This document shows, in pieces, positions 12,793 through 24,316 of a stretch of DNA of 64,000 nucleotides. The first letter of the stretch is position 1, and each line of letters begins with the position of its first letter. The translations under genes were made by a program, and so were the position numbers. Source of the DNA: Cenococcum geophilum (Eukaryota); NCBI GenBank assembly GCA_050273025.1, contig CP158635.1, positions 10,788,001-10,852,000 on the forward strand, written 5' to 3'. The notes under the pieces were generated by a model. The model ran no database searches, was not told the DNA's origin, and worked only from the letters and a program-made list of their open reading frames with translations.

Positions 12793-15700
12793 ATACTAAA
12801 ACCTTTACCGCACATATAACCTTACTAAAAGGTAGCGCCGCACTTTTAAACTCACCTATACCCATCTTCCTATTAAAAACAATCGATTTTCCAACTTTTA
12901 AGGCCTAATTCCTACTGCCTAGCAAGCTAGAGGTGGATTTATTCCCCTTTTACCCCCTTTTACCTAAGAGAAAATTCTCTTAAGAGGTGACCCTAGCTTA
13001 TAAGTAAGGTAGGGGTAGAAACACTAAAATACTAAAATATAGACTTTTTATAGGTTTTTCTTCTATAGAAAGTAAAAGCCTAATAAAATAGGGGGTGTAG
13101 GTATTTTTCTATATCTCCTTTAGTCAGATTTTCCTTAGTAAGAGAAGGATTGCCTTTTTGGGCTTTTCTGCTAGTAAAAGCCTAACAAGTCCTTTTTTCT
13201 AGTAGTTTTTTCTACTTCTAACAGAGAAGAAAATAACTATTATAGTCTTTTTACCTGGTTTTTCTACTACTTTTTAGTCTAATTTCCCCAGAAGCTCTCT
13301 AGTAGGGTTAGTAAGGAAAAAGGATATAGAAGGATAGTCAAAATTAGAAAGGCTTTTTACCTAGTTTTTTACCTCTATGCTAGGAGATAAGAGACCTAAG
13401 GAGGTTATTATCTACTAAAAAAACTAGGAACCCCCCCTATAAGCTATAAGCTATAAGATATAAAATGCTAAAGGTAAAGGCTACTAAGCCTAAAATAAAG
13501 CCCCCTATAGAGATAAGCGATAACGAATTCTTATCTACCTCTTCTACTTATTCTTCTCTATCTTCTCTATGTCTATTTAGAAAAGATAAAGATATAAAAG
13601 AAGTAGATAAGCCGTCTCTAGCTTATACAAAAAACTAAAGAAAAAAAAACTGCCCCTTATTGTCTTTTAAAAAAGATAGCTAAAACCTAAAAAGAAACCT
13701 AGTAAAAATGAGGTCCTCTATAGCTAGTTTATACTTCCCCCCTCCTTCTTTAAAACAATTCCTATAAAAGGCCCTAGAAAGCCTAACCCAGGCTTATTTA
13801 AGGCTAGAAGGAGAAAGTAAGGAGCAAGTTAAATATATTAGGGACGACGTATAAAGAATTATAGTAGGAGAAAATCCTTCTATAAAGGAAACAGAAAAGG
13901 AAAAATAGGAGACAGATATCCTTAAAGGACTAGTAGAAGAAGTAAGAGCCCTTTGTAAGGAGGTAGCCCCCAAAACCTATACAGAAAAGTTAAAGAAGGG
14001 CCTCTCTTCTTCCACTTACTCTTCTTCGTCGTCGTCTTCTCTTTCTTCTACCATCTCTTCTTCTTCTTTACCCCCTACCTCCTCCTTAATTCCCTCTACT
14101 AGTAAGGCAGCTAGTAGTACTACCAGTTCTACAAGCCCTACCTCTACTAGAGGGAAAAAGAAGCATCTATAAGAAAGAGGACTAGTCTTAGTTACAGACC
14201 AAAAGGACCAGCCTCTAGATATCTTCTCTATACAAAATATAATTAATTAACGATTTATGTCTAAATTATAAATAGAGAAGCTAGTTATAGCTTCTATAGC
14301 TAGAACTAAAGAAAAGCAGAATATTCTCCTTATAATAACGGAGGAATATAATGCAGATTTTCTAGTTAAATATAAAGAAGTCTGGTCTAGCTGCTTCTCT
14401 TTTAAAAGAGAACAAAAACTAGAGCCCTAGGCTTAAATAGTAGCTTATAGCGTCCCTATTCCCCCTTTTCTAGGAGAAGGAGGCTCTAAACTTCTAAAAG
14501 AAGAAATAGAGACCTTTAACCCTATTAGGATATAGGGACTACCTAAATAGATCTCTTTTAGGGCAAAGAGATATAATCCACAGACTAGGTTCGGCTCTAT
14601 AGTATTTGCTACAGAAAATAAGGAGAAAAGATAGGAAATCCTTAAGTAGAAGGAAATCCTAATTGCAGGGGTAGCTACTAAGGGAGTTAAATACCTAGAA
14701 GTCTCTCCTATTATATAGTGTATAAGCTGCCAAAAATTTGGCCATATAGGAGATAGATGCTCTACTAGGGGCTGTCGGTTTTGTGTAGCAGTATATATAT
14801 CTAAAGACCACTTCTGCTCGAGTTATAATACGATAGGTAAGCCTTGCGAGCATACTACCCCTCTTTGCATTAATTGTAAAGAAAAACACTTTGCTACTAG
14901 TAAAGACTGCCAGTCTTTTAAAGCAGCTAAGTTAATATACCAATAAGTATACACTTAGAAGGTTCTATATAGGAAGAAGAAGAAATCTCCCTAGCTTCTA
15001 AAGCTAGAGGGGAAATCTCCTTTATACAATATAATGTAGGGAAAAGATAAAAAGTATAGCAAACCCTACTAGAAATAGGATTTAGGAGAAAAATAGATAT
15101 TATTCTAGTACAGGAACCTAGTACCTGGAAAGATAGGCAAAAAGGATCCTATTTCTCTATTCTATATCCTGCATTTAATCTTATTCTTCCTAGTAATCTA
15201 GCTATTCGTCCTAGAGTAGCTATCTATATAAGGAAAACTAGTTCTAGTGTTCTATAATATAGAAATAGGGAGGATATCTGTAAAGATATAGATACTATAG
15301 CACTAGAAATCTATGGCCAATTTAAAAGATTCTTACTACTTAATATCTATAACGAGAGACAACTAGACGAGAACTCTAGAACCCAAAGAAATAGTATAAG
15401 TACTATCTCCAGAACCATTCTAGAACTAGAAATAGACCTCCCTTTTATACTAATAGGAGACTATAACCTACACCACACACGGTGAAATATGCTAGCGAGG
15501 AATCTAACTAGAGAGGCTAAAGAACTAGTAGACTGGCTAGATAAATATAACTACTAACTACTAAATTTAGGCGAATAGGAAGGGACCTTTTATAGATCTA
15601 ATATAAGGGAAAAGTCTATTATAGACCTAGCCTTCTATTTAGGAAACTTTCAAGAAAACACCTGGGATAATTGGACTATAATAAAAGATACAGGATCTAA

Positions 15701-18700
15701 TTATAAGACTATAGTATTCTCTCTATTTACTAGAGAGACGTAAAGATACCTAAACCCTCTTTAAGAAACTCCTTTCTCTATAAAAAAGGCAAACTAGGAG
15801 ATTTTCTCTACTTCTTTAAAAGAGAAAGTTCTAGAGCTAGAACTAGAAGTAAAACTTTTAGTACTAGAGGAACTAGTAGGAGAAAACCCCTATATAGAGA
15901 TAGGAGAAAAAGGTCCCCTAGCCTCTCTAGAAGATTCTTATAGACCTAGGGATAGAAGCTTAAGTACACTAGTAGACAATCTAGTAATAGATCTTACTAG
16001 CTGTATAAAGCTAATAGTAGAGAAAGCTATCCCTAGATCTAAAACCTGTAAATTCTCTAAACTATGGTGGAATAAGGAGCTTCTAAAAAAAAGACAAAAA
16101 ATGGCAAAACTAGGAAGACTTTAAGAGGAATAACCTACTAGAAGTTCTAGACTAGAAGCCTATAAAGAAGCTAAAAATTAATACTTCTACGCAATAAGAG
16201 AAGCTAAGACTAGCTACTAGAATAGCTTCCTAAAAAAAGTATAAGGAAAGGAGGTCTTTACTACCCTAAAATATATAAAGGAGAGAAAATTAAGAATAAT
16301 CCCTAGTCTATAGTATAGTAAGGATGGGACTACTAGACTAGTAGAAAGCTTCGAGGACTAGTATAAAGCTTTTATAACTACTCTATTCCTAAAACCCCCC
16401 CCCCCTTCTACTAGCCCTATAGAGTGGAAGGACTACATAATAGACAATAAATGGGAATGGCTAGAACTAGAGAAAATAGAAGTTAAACAAGCAATTTTCT
16501 CTAGCTTTAATAAAAAGGCTCTAGGACCAGGTGAGATATCTTTTATAATTCTATAAAAGGCCTACCCTATTATAGAAGATCTTCTATATAGAATCTATAG
16601 GATTTTATTTATCCTAGGCTATTAGCTAAAGGTCTAGAGAGAAGCTTAAGGAGTTATTCTCCCTAAAGTAAATAAGGAGGACTATTCTTTACTAAAGGCC
16701 TATAGACCTATCTCCTTACTAAACTGCCTAGGAAAGACTCTAGAAAAGATCTTTACTACTAGATTAGGATATCTAGCTAGTACTACTAGCTTACTTTAAG
16801 ACTTTTAATTAGGAGGAAGAAGACAGCGGTCCGTAATAGACGCAGTCTTACTATTTCTAAATAATATCCAACCTAAAAATAGTAGGAAAAAAGCTAGATA
16901 AAGGATAGCTACTACGTTATTCCTAAACGTAAAAGGGGCTTTTAACTATGTCTCTAAAAACCAGCTTTTATCTATCTATAAGGAACTAGGACTACCTATA
17001 GCGTTTACACAATAGGTAGCCACTTTCCTTAGCAATAGAAAGCTACAGCTTTCCTTTAATGGGTAAATATAAGAAAAAGTAAAACTAGAAATAGGGATAC
17101 TATAGGGATCGCCTATATCCCCCATTTTATTTATACTATATATACGTAATATCTGCAGCATATAGACAGAAGGAGCCTATTCTCTTAGCTATATAGACAA
17201 TTTTGCAATTACAGTTACTTTAAATTCTGCTAAATCTAATTGTAAAAAGCTAGAGAGAATAGCGCTAGAGCTAATATCTAAAGCTAAAGAAGATGCTATT
17301 AGTTTTAACGTTAGCAAAATAGAGCTTATATACTTCTACAATAAACGTATTACTATAGAAGAAGGGTTAAAGCTAGGAGACGTAGAAATATCCCCTAAAC
17401 CCCTAGTTAGGTGGTTAGGGGTATTCCTAGACTCTAAGCTTACTTTTAAATAATATATAGAAATACAAATCTCTAAAGCAAAGGCAGCTTTCTATTTAAT
17501 TAGAAGGCTAGGTAATATATAAAGAGGTTTATCTCTATAAGCCCTACGACAGCTCTATATAGCTTGCGTTACTACTATAGTAGATTATGGAGTATAATGC
17601 TGGTGGAAAAGCAAATCTAGAGACTACCTACTAGATAGGTACCAATCTCTATAAAATAAGGCCCTAAGACTAGTTCTAGGAGCTTTTAGAGGATTTCCTA
17701 GCTAAGCTATAGAGATTGAAGCCTCTATTCCTCCTCCTAGAATTAGATTTAAAAAGCTTTGTAATAACTACGCATTAAGAATCCTAAAATTTAAGGAAAA
17801 ACACGTAATTAAGAAGGTCTATATAGAAGAGATTAACAAAGATAGGGACGAATTAGCAGCTAGTTCTAGCTCTAATTCTAGCCCTAGAAACTCTACTATA
17901 AAGTATCTCTTACAGCTAAAGACACAGCTACTATCTCTAGCCTCTAGAGTTTAGCAGCTAATTCAAAATTAGAAAATAGAGAGAATCTCTTTAGAATGGT
18001 AAAAACCGTAGTCTCCTTCTATTTATGCATCCTTTTCTATCTCGAAAGGTAGTAAGGAAGAAGCTGTATAAAAACATCTAAGACTAGTAAAAAATCTATA
18101 AGAATCCCTAGAGTGGGACCTAGTAGATATATACTATACAGATAGCTCTAAAGACAATAAATTAAATGCAGCTGCCGTATATAAAATAGGGGAGAGAAAT
18201 AGGATTAAATATATAACAAACTGGAATCTAAAACCCTATATAGAAATTATAAACGCAGAGATCTATGCAGTCTATAGGGCCCTAAAACACCTAAAACAAT
18301 AAAGACTAGAAGAGAAATAAGTCTATATCTTTATAGATAGCCAAGCGGCTATTAAGAGATTATAGCTTAATTCTTTTATAGGGGGGTAAGAACTAGTCTT
18401 TAAAATTATGTAAAGCTGTTCCTATCTAGCTAGTAAGGGGATCTCTATTAACTTCTACTAGATTTCTAGCTATTTAGGAATCTATAGGAACGAAATAGCA
18501 GATAAGCTAGCTAAAAAGGGCCTTTTTAGAAGAAAACTATAATCTTCTTATACCTCCCTAGCCTATATAGGGAGAGCAGTAAGAGAAAAGATACTAAAAT
18601 AGTGGAAAAATAACTGGCAACAGAATAAGAATAAAGGAAAACACTATACTAAGATCTGTAAAGGAAGTCATTCCTTTTCTCTTAAAGCCCCTAAGGATAA

Positions 18701-19321
18701 ATATCCTAAAAGGCTATTTTAAATCCTTCTCTAAAGTAATAGGGGGGGAGGACGAAGATAGTAGATGCTTTAGGGAATGTAGAGCACTACAAACCCCTAG
18801 GCACCTACTACTAGACTACAACCTATATAGAGAAGAAAGAAGAGAAATGTAAAAGAAACTAGGCTCTTCTCTCTCTCTAAAAAAGCTATTTTGTATATAA
18901 AAAGGAAGAGAGGCGCTTTTTCTATTCCTAAGTAGGACAGGGATAGCCACTAGAAAGTGGCTAATAACAGCAGGATCTATAGAAGGAGATAACTCCTACT
19001 AGGCTCTTAGTAAAGAGATATTAGTAAGTAAAAGGACAGAAATAAATTACAAAAGGACAGGGGTAGGCGTTAGGACTTCTTATTTCTTATAGTTTTCTAT
19101 CGCTTTCTTATTCCCTAGTAGTTGCTTATAACTTAGTATTTTACTAAGGAATTATAAACTCCTAGTTTAGGGGCTTATAAACTACTAGGACATAGTTACT
19201 AGTACATGTTAAGCTGCCCTAAGGGATTTATATATATAGGACTATAGCGTCATAGCCTAGAGGCTGCATGCGCAGTATTGTACGTAGTATAATACAACGG
19301 ATATAAAAAAATATAAAAAAA
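12793..19321 (+). mobile_element. Full-length RIP-inactivated LINE (Tad1-like): ORF1 with CCHC knuckles, ORF2 endonuclease-RT-RNase H
   Basis: 13-bp TSD AACGTTATTGCAA (12780-12792, 19322-19334); A-rich 3' tail. ORF1 C..CQKFGH.GDRC (~14720); endonuclease DIILVQEP (~15095) and GDYNLHH (~15455); RT G.PQGSPISP (~17095) and SYIDDF (~17190); RNase H YTDGS (~18135). Confidence 0.93.
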
Positions 19322-19443
19322 AACGTTATTGCAAGCCCTTAGTAATATTCCCTTTTTTTTTCTTTATACCTTAAGTATCCTTTTTATATATATATAGTAA
19401 CCATAGCGTCGCTAGAGCTCCGCCTTTATAGGAGGGGGGATAA

Positions 19444-19636
19444 TATTATAGAACCCTACCGTAGGGGCCTCTATAGGAGAGTCCCGTGCCCTTATATACA
19501 CCTCGCGTATAGCTTATATTAGCTACGCGTAGGTATATTACCTCCTTACGCCCTTAACCCTTATAATTAATCGCGTAATGTCTTATAGACTCCTTAAATA
19601 TATACATTCTATAGCCACTACTTCTAACCTATAATA
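19444..19636 (+). repeat. Probable 3' LTR of the family C element
   Basis: Preceded by purine tract AGGAGGGGGGA; RIP-altered TG..CA ends (TATTA...TAATA); family A sequence resumes immediately after it. Confidence 0.6.
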
Positions 19637-20339
19637 TAGCAGGACTATATAGGGTTCTTAAAAAAATAGGTAACTTATATAAAGTAAAGCTCCCAGATTT
19701 AATTAAGGTTTACCCTTTTTTTGCTAGATAAGCTATAGAAAGCTATAAATAACCTATTACCTAGATAAAAAACGAACCTCTCCTACCAATTTAAGTTAAT
19801 AGCGACGATAAATAGGAAATTAAAGAAATACTAGTCTGTAAACTAGTAAGAAAAACGCTAAAATACTATATTAGTTGGAAAGGCTATAACCCAAATTCTA
19901 CCTAATACCCTATATAAAACTTTATTAGTAGTCCCTATAAGCTTTAAAAACTCTATAGCTATTACCCTAATAAACTAGAACCCCTAAAGTACCTAAATAA
20001 GTAGATAAAGTGCTAGTATAGCGAAGACAGAAGAATATAAGGATAATAACGCCCTATAGGTGTAATATAAATATATAAAGTCTAAGGGCAGGCTTTACTA
20101 AAGGGGGGGTAATATTATGGCACTAGCAGAAAACGGTCAAACTTAGGTAGCAGAACTTAGTAAAACTTTATGGTTATATAACCTAAGGGACCGTATAAAA
20201 GAATCCTACTTTAACTCGCGCTGCTTTTTTTCTCCTTTCCTCTCTCTAGCTTTAGATCCTTGTTTATAGACAATCTAATTATATGGGCTTGCGCGTTCCT
20301 CTTACCGTACTTATACCTCGATTAACTAAGTCGCTAATA
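19637..20339 (+). mobile_element. Family A 3' remnant (integrase end, chromodomain, PPT, LTR 20113-20339)
   Basis: Reverse-complement similarity to 1856-2550; PPT AAGGGGGGGT at 20101. Confidence 0.85.
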
Positions 20340-21309
20340 GAACTATACCTTTTTATAACCCTTTATAAGACGGTTTAGCCAAGTATAAGTAGTTAGTTGC
20401 GCTTATAGGGCTTAAGACGCCTTATTAGAGCGACGCTAAACCTTAGTAAGAGCTAGGGATAGTTTACTCTTTAGTTTTTTAGCTGCTATTAATATATAAG
20501 ACCCTAAGATAAATTAAATAAGGTACTAAATAATTATAAAGAATAGTAAGACGTATATACTTAGCCTTAAAAATGGATTAAATATTATAGGACGATTGTA
20601 TATTTACTCGCGTATACTTAGTATATAAAAAAGGTTAGTAACTAAATAGAGCTATAATTATAATATATACTAGCTTTTTTTTATATAATAAGAATAGGAT
20701 GGTATAACTTTACTAAATAAAAAAATAATAGTTACTAGCTAGTTATAATAGTTAAATATAAAGGATTTAATGAAAGGTATTAGGAATAATAAAGGTTATT
20801 AAATTAAAGATACGAATACTATACCTCTAATAGATAACTTAAAAATAGGAAATATCTTTAAGGATAAAGATAGAAAGGAGGGGGATAGTATTATAGACCT
20901 TATATTAGTAGTAGTACAACTACTAAGAAGAGATATAAATAGGTTAGTTAAGATAGTATAGGAGGCGCTAAAACTAATTAAGCTATAGAATAAGGAGTAG
21001 CTAAGTTATATAGCTAGTTACGTTATAGGGTTAGAATATAAAAATATAGGAATATAGAAATGTAACGTGCCGATATACTAATATACTAACATACTTAGTA
21101 TATTTCTTAGGCATAGTATTAAATACTTAAAGGACTATAATCCCTACCTTAGATAGTCCTCTTCTTTATAGTAAATCTTAGAATATAATTAAAGTTAATC
21201 TATTAGGTAACCTACTCTACTAGTTATATTTACGTTATTAACTATTTTATATTTATATACCTAGCCTATTAATAAGTCCACCGTGGTATTTCCTATAAGG
21301 CTTTATTAT
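20340..21309 (+). mobile_element. Family B-related 3' remnant with LTR (~20889-21309)
   Basis: Diverged reverse-complement match to 4802-5650; PPT GAAAGGAGGGGGA at ~20873. Confidence 0.7.
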
Positions 21310-21598
21310 CCCTTAACTCGCCAAAATTCGTCCACACGTTATCGATAAGAATTTACCAATCAAATCAATGCATTAAAATCGCTGTGCTCAGGAATATACA
21401 GCTGATGTGGAGAGTTTCGAAATCGGGAGAGGCCTTTTTTAAAGCATAATTTAATTAAACATTATATTGAGTCGGCTGAACAAGGCCTATGTCATTGGAA
21501 GTACGATTAGAAGGCATAGTTGATGGTTTATATTGATTAAATCTATTAAGCCTGTTCCGCACGGACTACTTACTTTGTGGACGTTGGCGGGTTAAGGG
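21310..21598. mobile_element. 289-bp MITE with CCC...GGG ends and 2-bp TSD (AT), CMC/EnSpm-like architecture
   Basis: TIRs CCCTTAACTCGCCAA..CGTCCAC / GTGGACG.TTGGCGGGTTAAGGG; AT on both flanks; removing it restores the host LTR end. Confidence 0.8.
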
Positions 21599-21989
21599 AT
21601 ACCTAGAATAGAAAATTGCTATTAGTCCAATTAAGGCGGTAAGCGGAACTAATATCTTTGTGGTAAAAGTGGGTAAACGCGTATAGGGTATTACGGGGTA
21701 GTTTTATAATAAGGTAGGAGAATAAGTTAAAGGTAGAGAAGAATTAAATTAAGGTAAGATAAGATTAAAACCTAAGCTCCTTTTATAAGATATATAATCT
21801 TAAGTCCTTTATATATAATAAGAAAGCGAACTAATATAATTAAGGTATTACGGACCCCTTAATAAAAATAGTATAACGACTAATAATGTGGATAGAGAAC
21901 GCTATTAAGTTAGTTACGGTACGGGCTATAATAGACCTAGTAGAACTATATAATAAGAGATAGTAAGCGAGTTATATAGTATATATATA

Positions 21990-22771
21990 AGGAGGGTTTA
22001 TAAAAGTATTAAAAATATTTAAAGACCTATAATCTCTATCTAGATAGTTCTCTTTCTTATAGTAAATCTATTATAGACTTATTACTACTTATTCCTATAA
22101 AAGGGGTTTTAAGCTTATTAGGCCTTAGAATTTCATATCCTATAAGGGATTTTTCTAGTTTTTATAGTAGATAATAATCTCCTTAGGTCTTTTATCTCCT
22201 AGTTTTTAAAGTAAAAACTAGGCAAAAGGTCTTACTAGTTTTCACTATCCTTTTATGCTCTTTTTCCTTATTAATCTTACTAGAAGATTTCTATAGAGAT
22301 TAGTCTAAGAGGTAGTAGAAAAACTAGCTGAAAAAAGACTAGTATAGTTCTTTTCTTTTCTTATTAGAAGTAGAAAAAACTATAAAAAAAAATTATTTAT
22401 TAGCAGAAAAGCTCTAAGGGTAATCCTCTTCTTACTAAGGAAAATCTAACTAAAGGAGATGTAGAAAAGTACCTATACCCCCTATTTTATTACGCTTTTA
22501 CTTTCTATAGAAGAAAAACCTATGAAAAGTCTATATTTTATAGTTTTGGTATTCTACCCCTGCCTTACTTATAAGCTAGGACCCCTTTTGCCAAGGCTTC
22601 TGCCGTAGAATAAAGGGGGTAACAAGGAGAATGAATCTACCTCTAGCTTGCTGAGTAGGCGGAATTAGGTCTTGGGAGTTGGAAAAACGGTAGTTCTTGA
22701 TATAAAGTTGAGTTTGCGTAAGTTTTAAGTTGCGGCGCCACCTTTTGGTAAGGTTGCATGTGCGGTGAAAA
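21990..22771 (-). mobile_element. 5' fragment of a LINE related to 12793-19321
   Basis: Reverse-complement similarity to ~12800-13520 (5' UTR and start of ORF1). The left boundary is approximate. Confidence 0.8.
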
Positions 22772-23059
22772 GTACCCGTCGCAATATTTGGCTGGGACAG
22801 ATGCATAGAAACATGAGAACTGCCTGGCCGGAATTGCGATTGTATGACGCATGTACCATGCAGGCTTCCGGCCATGCACATTGCTTTCAGCTAGATACTT
22901 CTGAAGGCAGCCGTCCAGACCCCCCCCCCCCCCGCTTGCCAGGTTACATTCCCGGGGTAAGCGGATTTGCGCGGCTCTAAAACAAGATTACCGCTGTTTA
23001 AGGCGGGTGCCTGCGTGTGGAAGCCTTCATAGCTGATTAACTTTGCCTGACAAGCTCCA

Positions 23060-24030
23060 TCCAAACTAATTAGAGATGCCTCAGTAGAGTAAGGTAGTTG
23101 CTACTTACAACTATAGGCGGTACAAAATTCTGCGGAGGTAGCACTAATGTAAGGTTATAGAGGTTACCACTGATAATACTGGATGACGCAAAGGTAGAAC
23201 GATGAGGGGTTAGAGTCTTAGCAGAGGTAGCACTGTTGCAAGGCTGCAAGAGTGGTGATGTCGACCGAGTGGCAATATTGACCGAGTGGCGATTGTTAGT
23301 CGTCGTCGTCAGCGTCGTCATCACCTTTTCGCTACCTCATATATATATATAAGGGCTCCTAGAGCCACCTTAAATAGGCAGACTTCTCATTCTTGATCCT
23401 CCGATCGATAGGTGACGCCGGAGAGCAGACATGGAATGCTGAACCTAGGATTTCAACAGAGGTGGTACTGCTAAAAACCTATAGCGGTTGATACTAGATG
23501 ATGCAGAGATAGCAAGCCTAGAGCATTCGAGGCTGCAGTTTTAATAGAAGTGACGACGATGCTGATTGATGTAAAGGCGATAATGCTAAGAAGTTGTAGA
23601 AGTGTAAGCACAAGCGCTTAGAGATTCCAATAGAGGTGAGGGGTTTGAGGTTGTAGAAATGAAGACGTTTGGAGATCCCAGAGCTGGGAGGCGTGGCCTG
23701 AGTAAAGGGGAGGTTATAAAAGTAAAGAAGCTTAGAGAGCACATGACCATGGTAGCAAAGCATTGGGCCTTGATCATGGCAAAAACTTTGAGAGAATAAC
23801 AGACAAAACCTCAGCAGGTGTAGAGACGGTAAGATCGAGTATTTTCAAATTTGTATTCACGTAGAGCTTTGCAGAGTTTTAAAGAAACCACATTTAATCT
23901 CCGCAGAATCTTCCCAACTCTGTACGTCTCCCCTGGAAACTCTACTGCAGGTTCTATTGAGAAGGCTCTCCATTAGGTCTCTGCAAAATGCTCTGCACGA
24001 AGCCCTCTACAACGCTACGCCACGTCTTGT
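23060..24030. repeat. Degenerate, partly RIP-affected repeat-like sequence of unknown class
   Basis: Recurring GYAGAG/CTCTRC motifs, short internal duplications and only short low-complexity ORFs. Confidence 0.3.
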
Positions 24031-24316
24031 CAACTGTTACAGCTCGTAGAACTTGATGATAAGGCGTTGGCTAATAGTAAATGACCAATTAGGGCTTGGT
24101 GGTAAAGTATTGTAAGTACTAGGTTATTTCGTATTTGCTCAAGTAGCTGTAGGGTTTTAGGAAACGTACAGCAAGAAGGTTTGGCGAGAAGTTCTGTATA
24201 GACGATGATGAAATAAGATGATGGCCGTACGTGCCATTTTTATAAGTGAACGGTGTTCACTAATCTGTTACGCCAATATCAATGATCGATCATGTCTTCC
24301 TTGCGCCTGATTCATC

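Noticed and set aside
21602..21990. Possible solo LTR fragments
   Set aside because: No partner copy or TSD could be established in the window.
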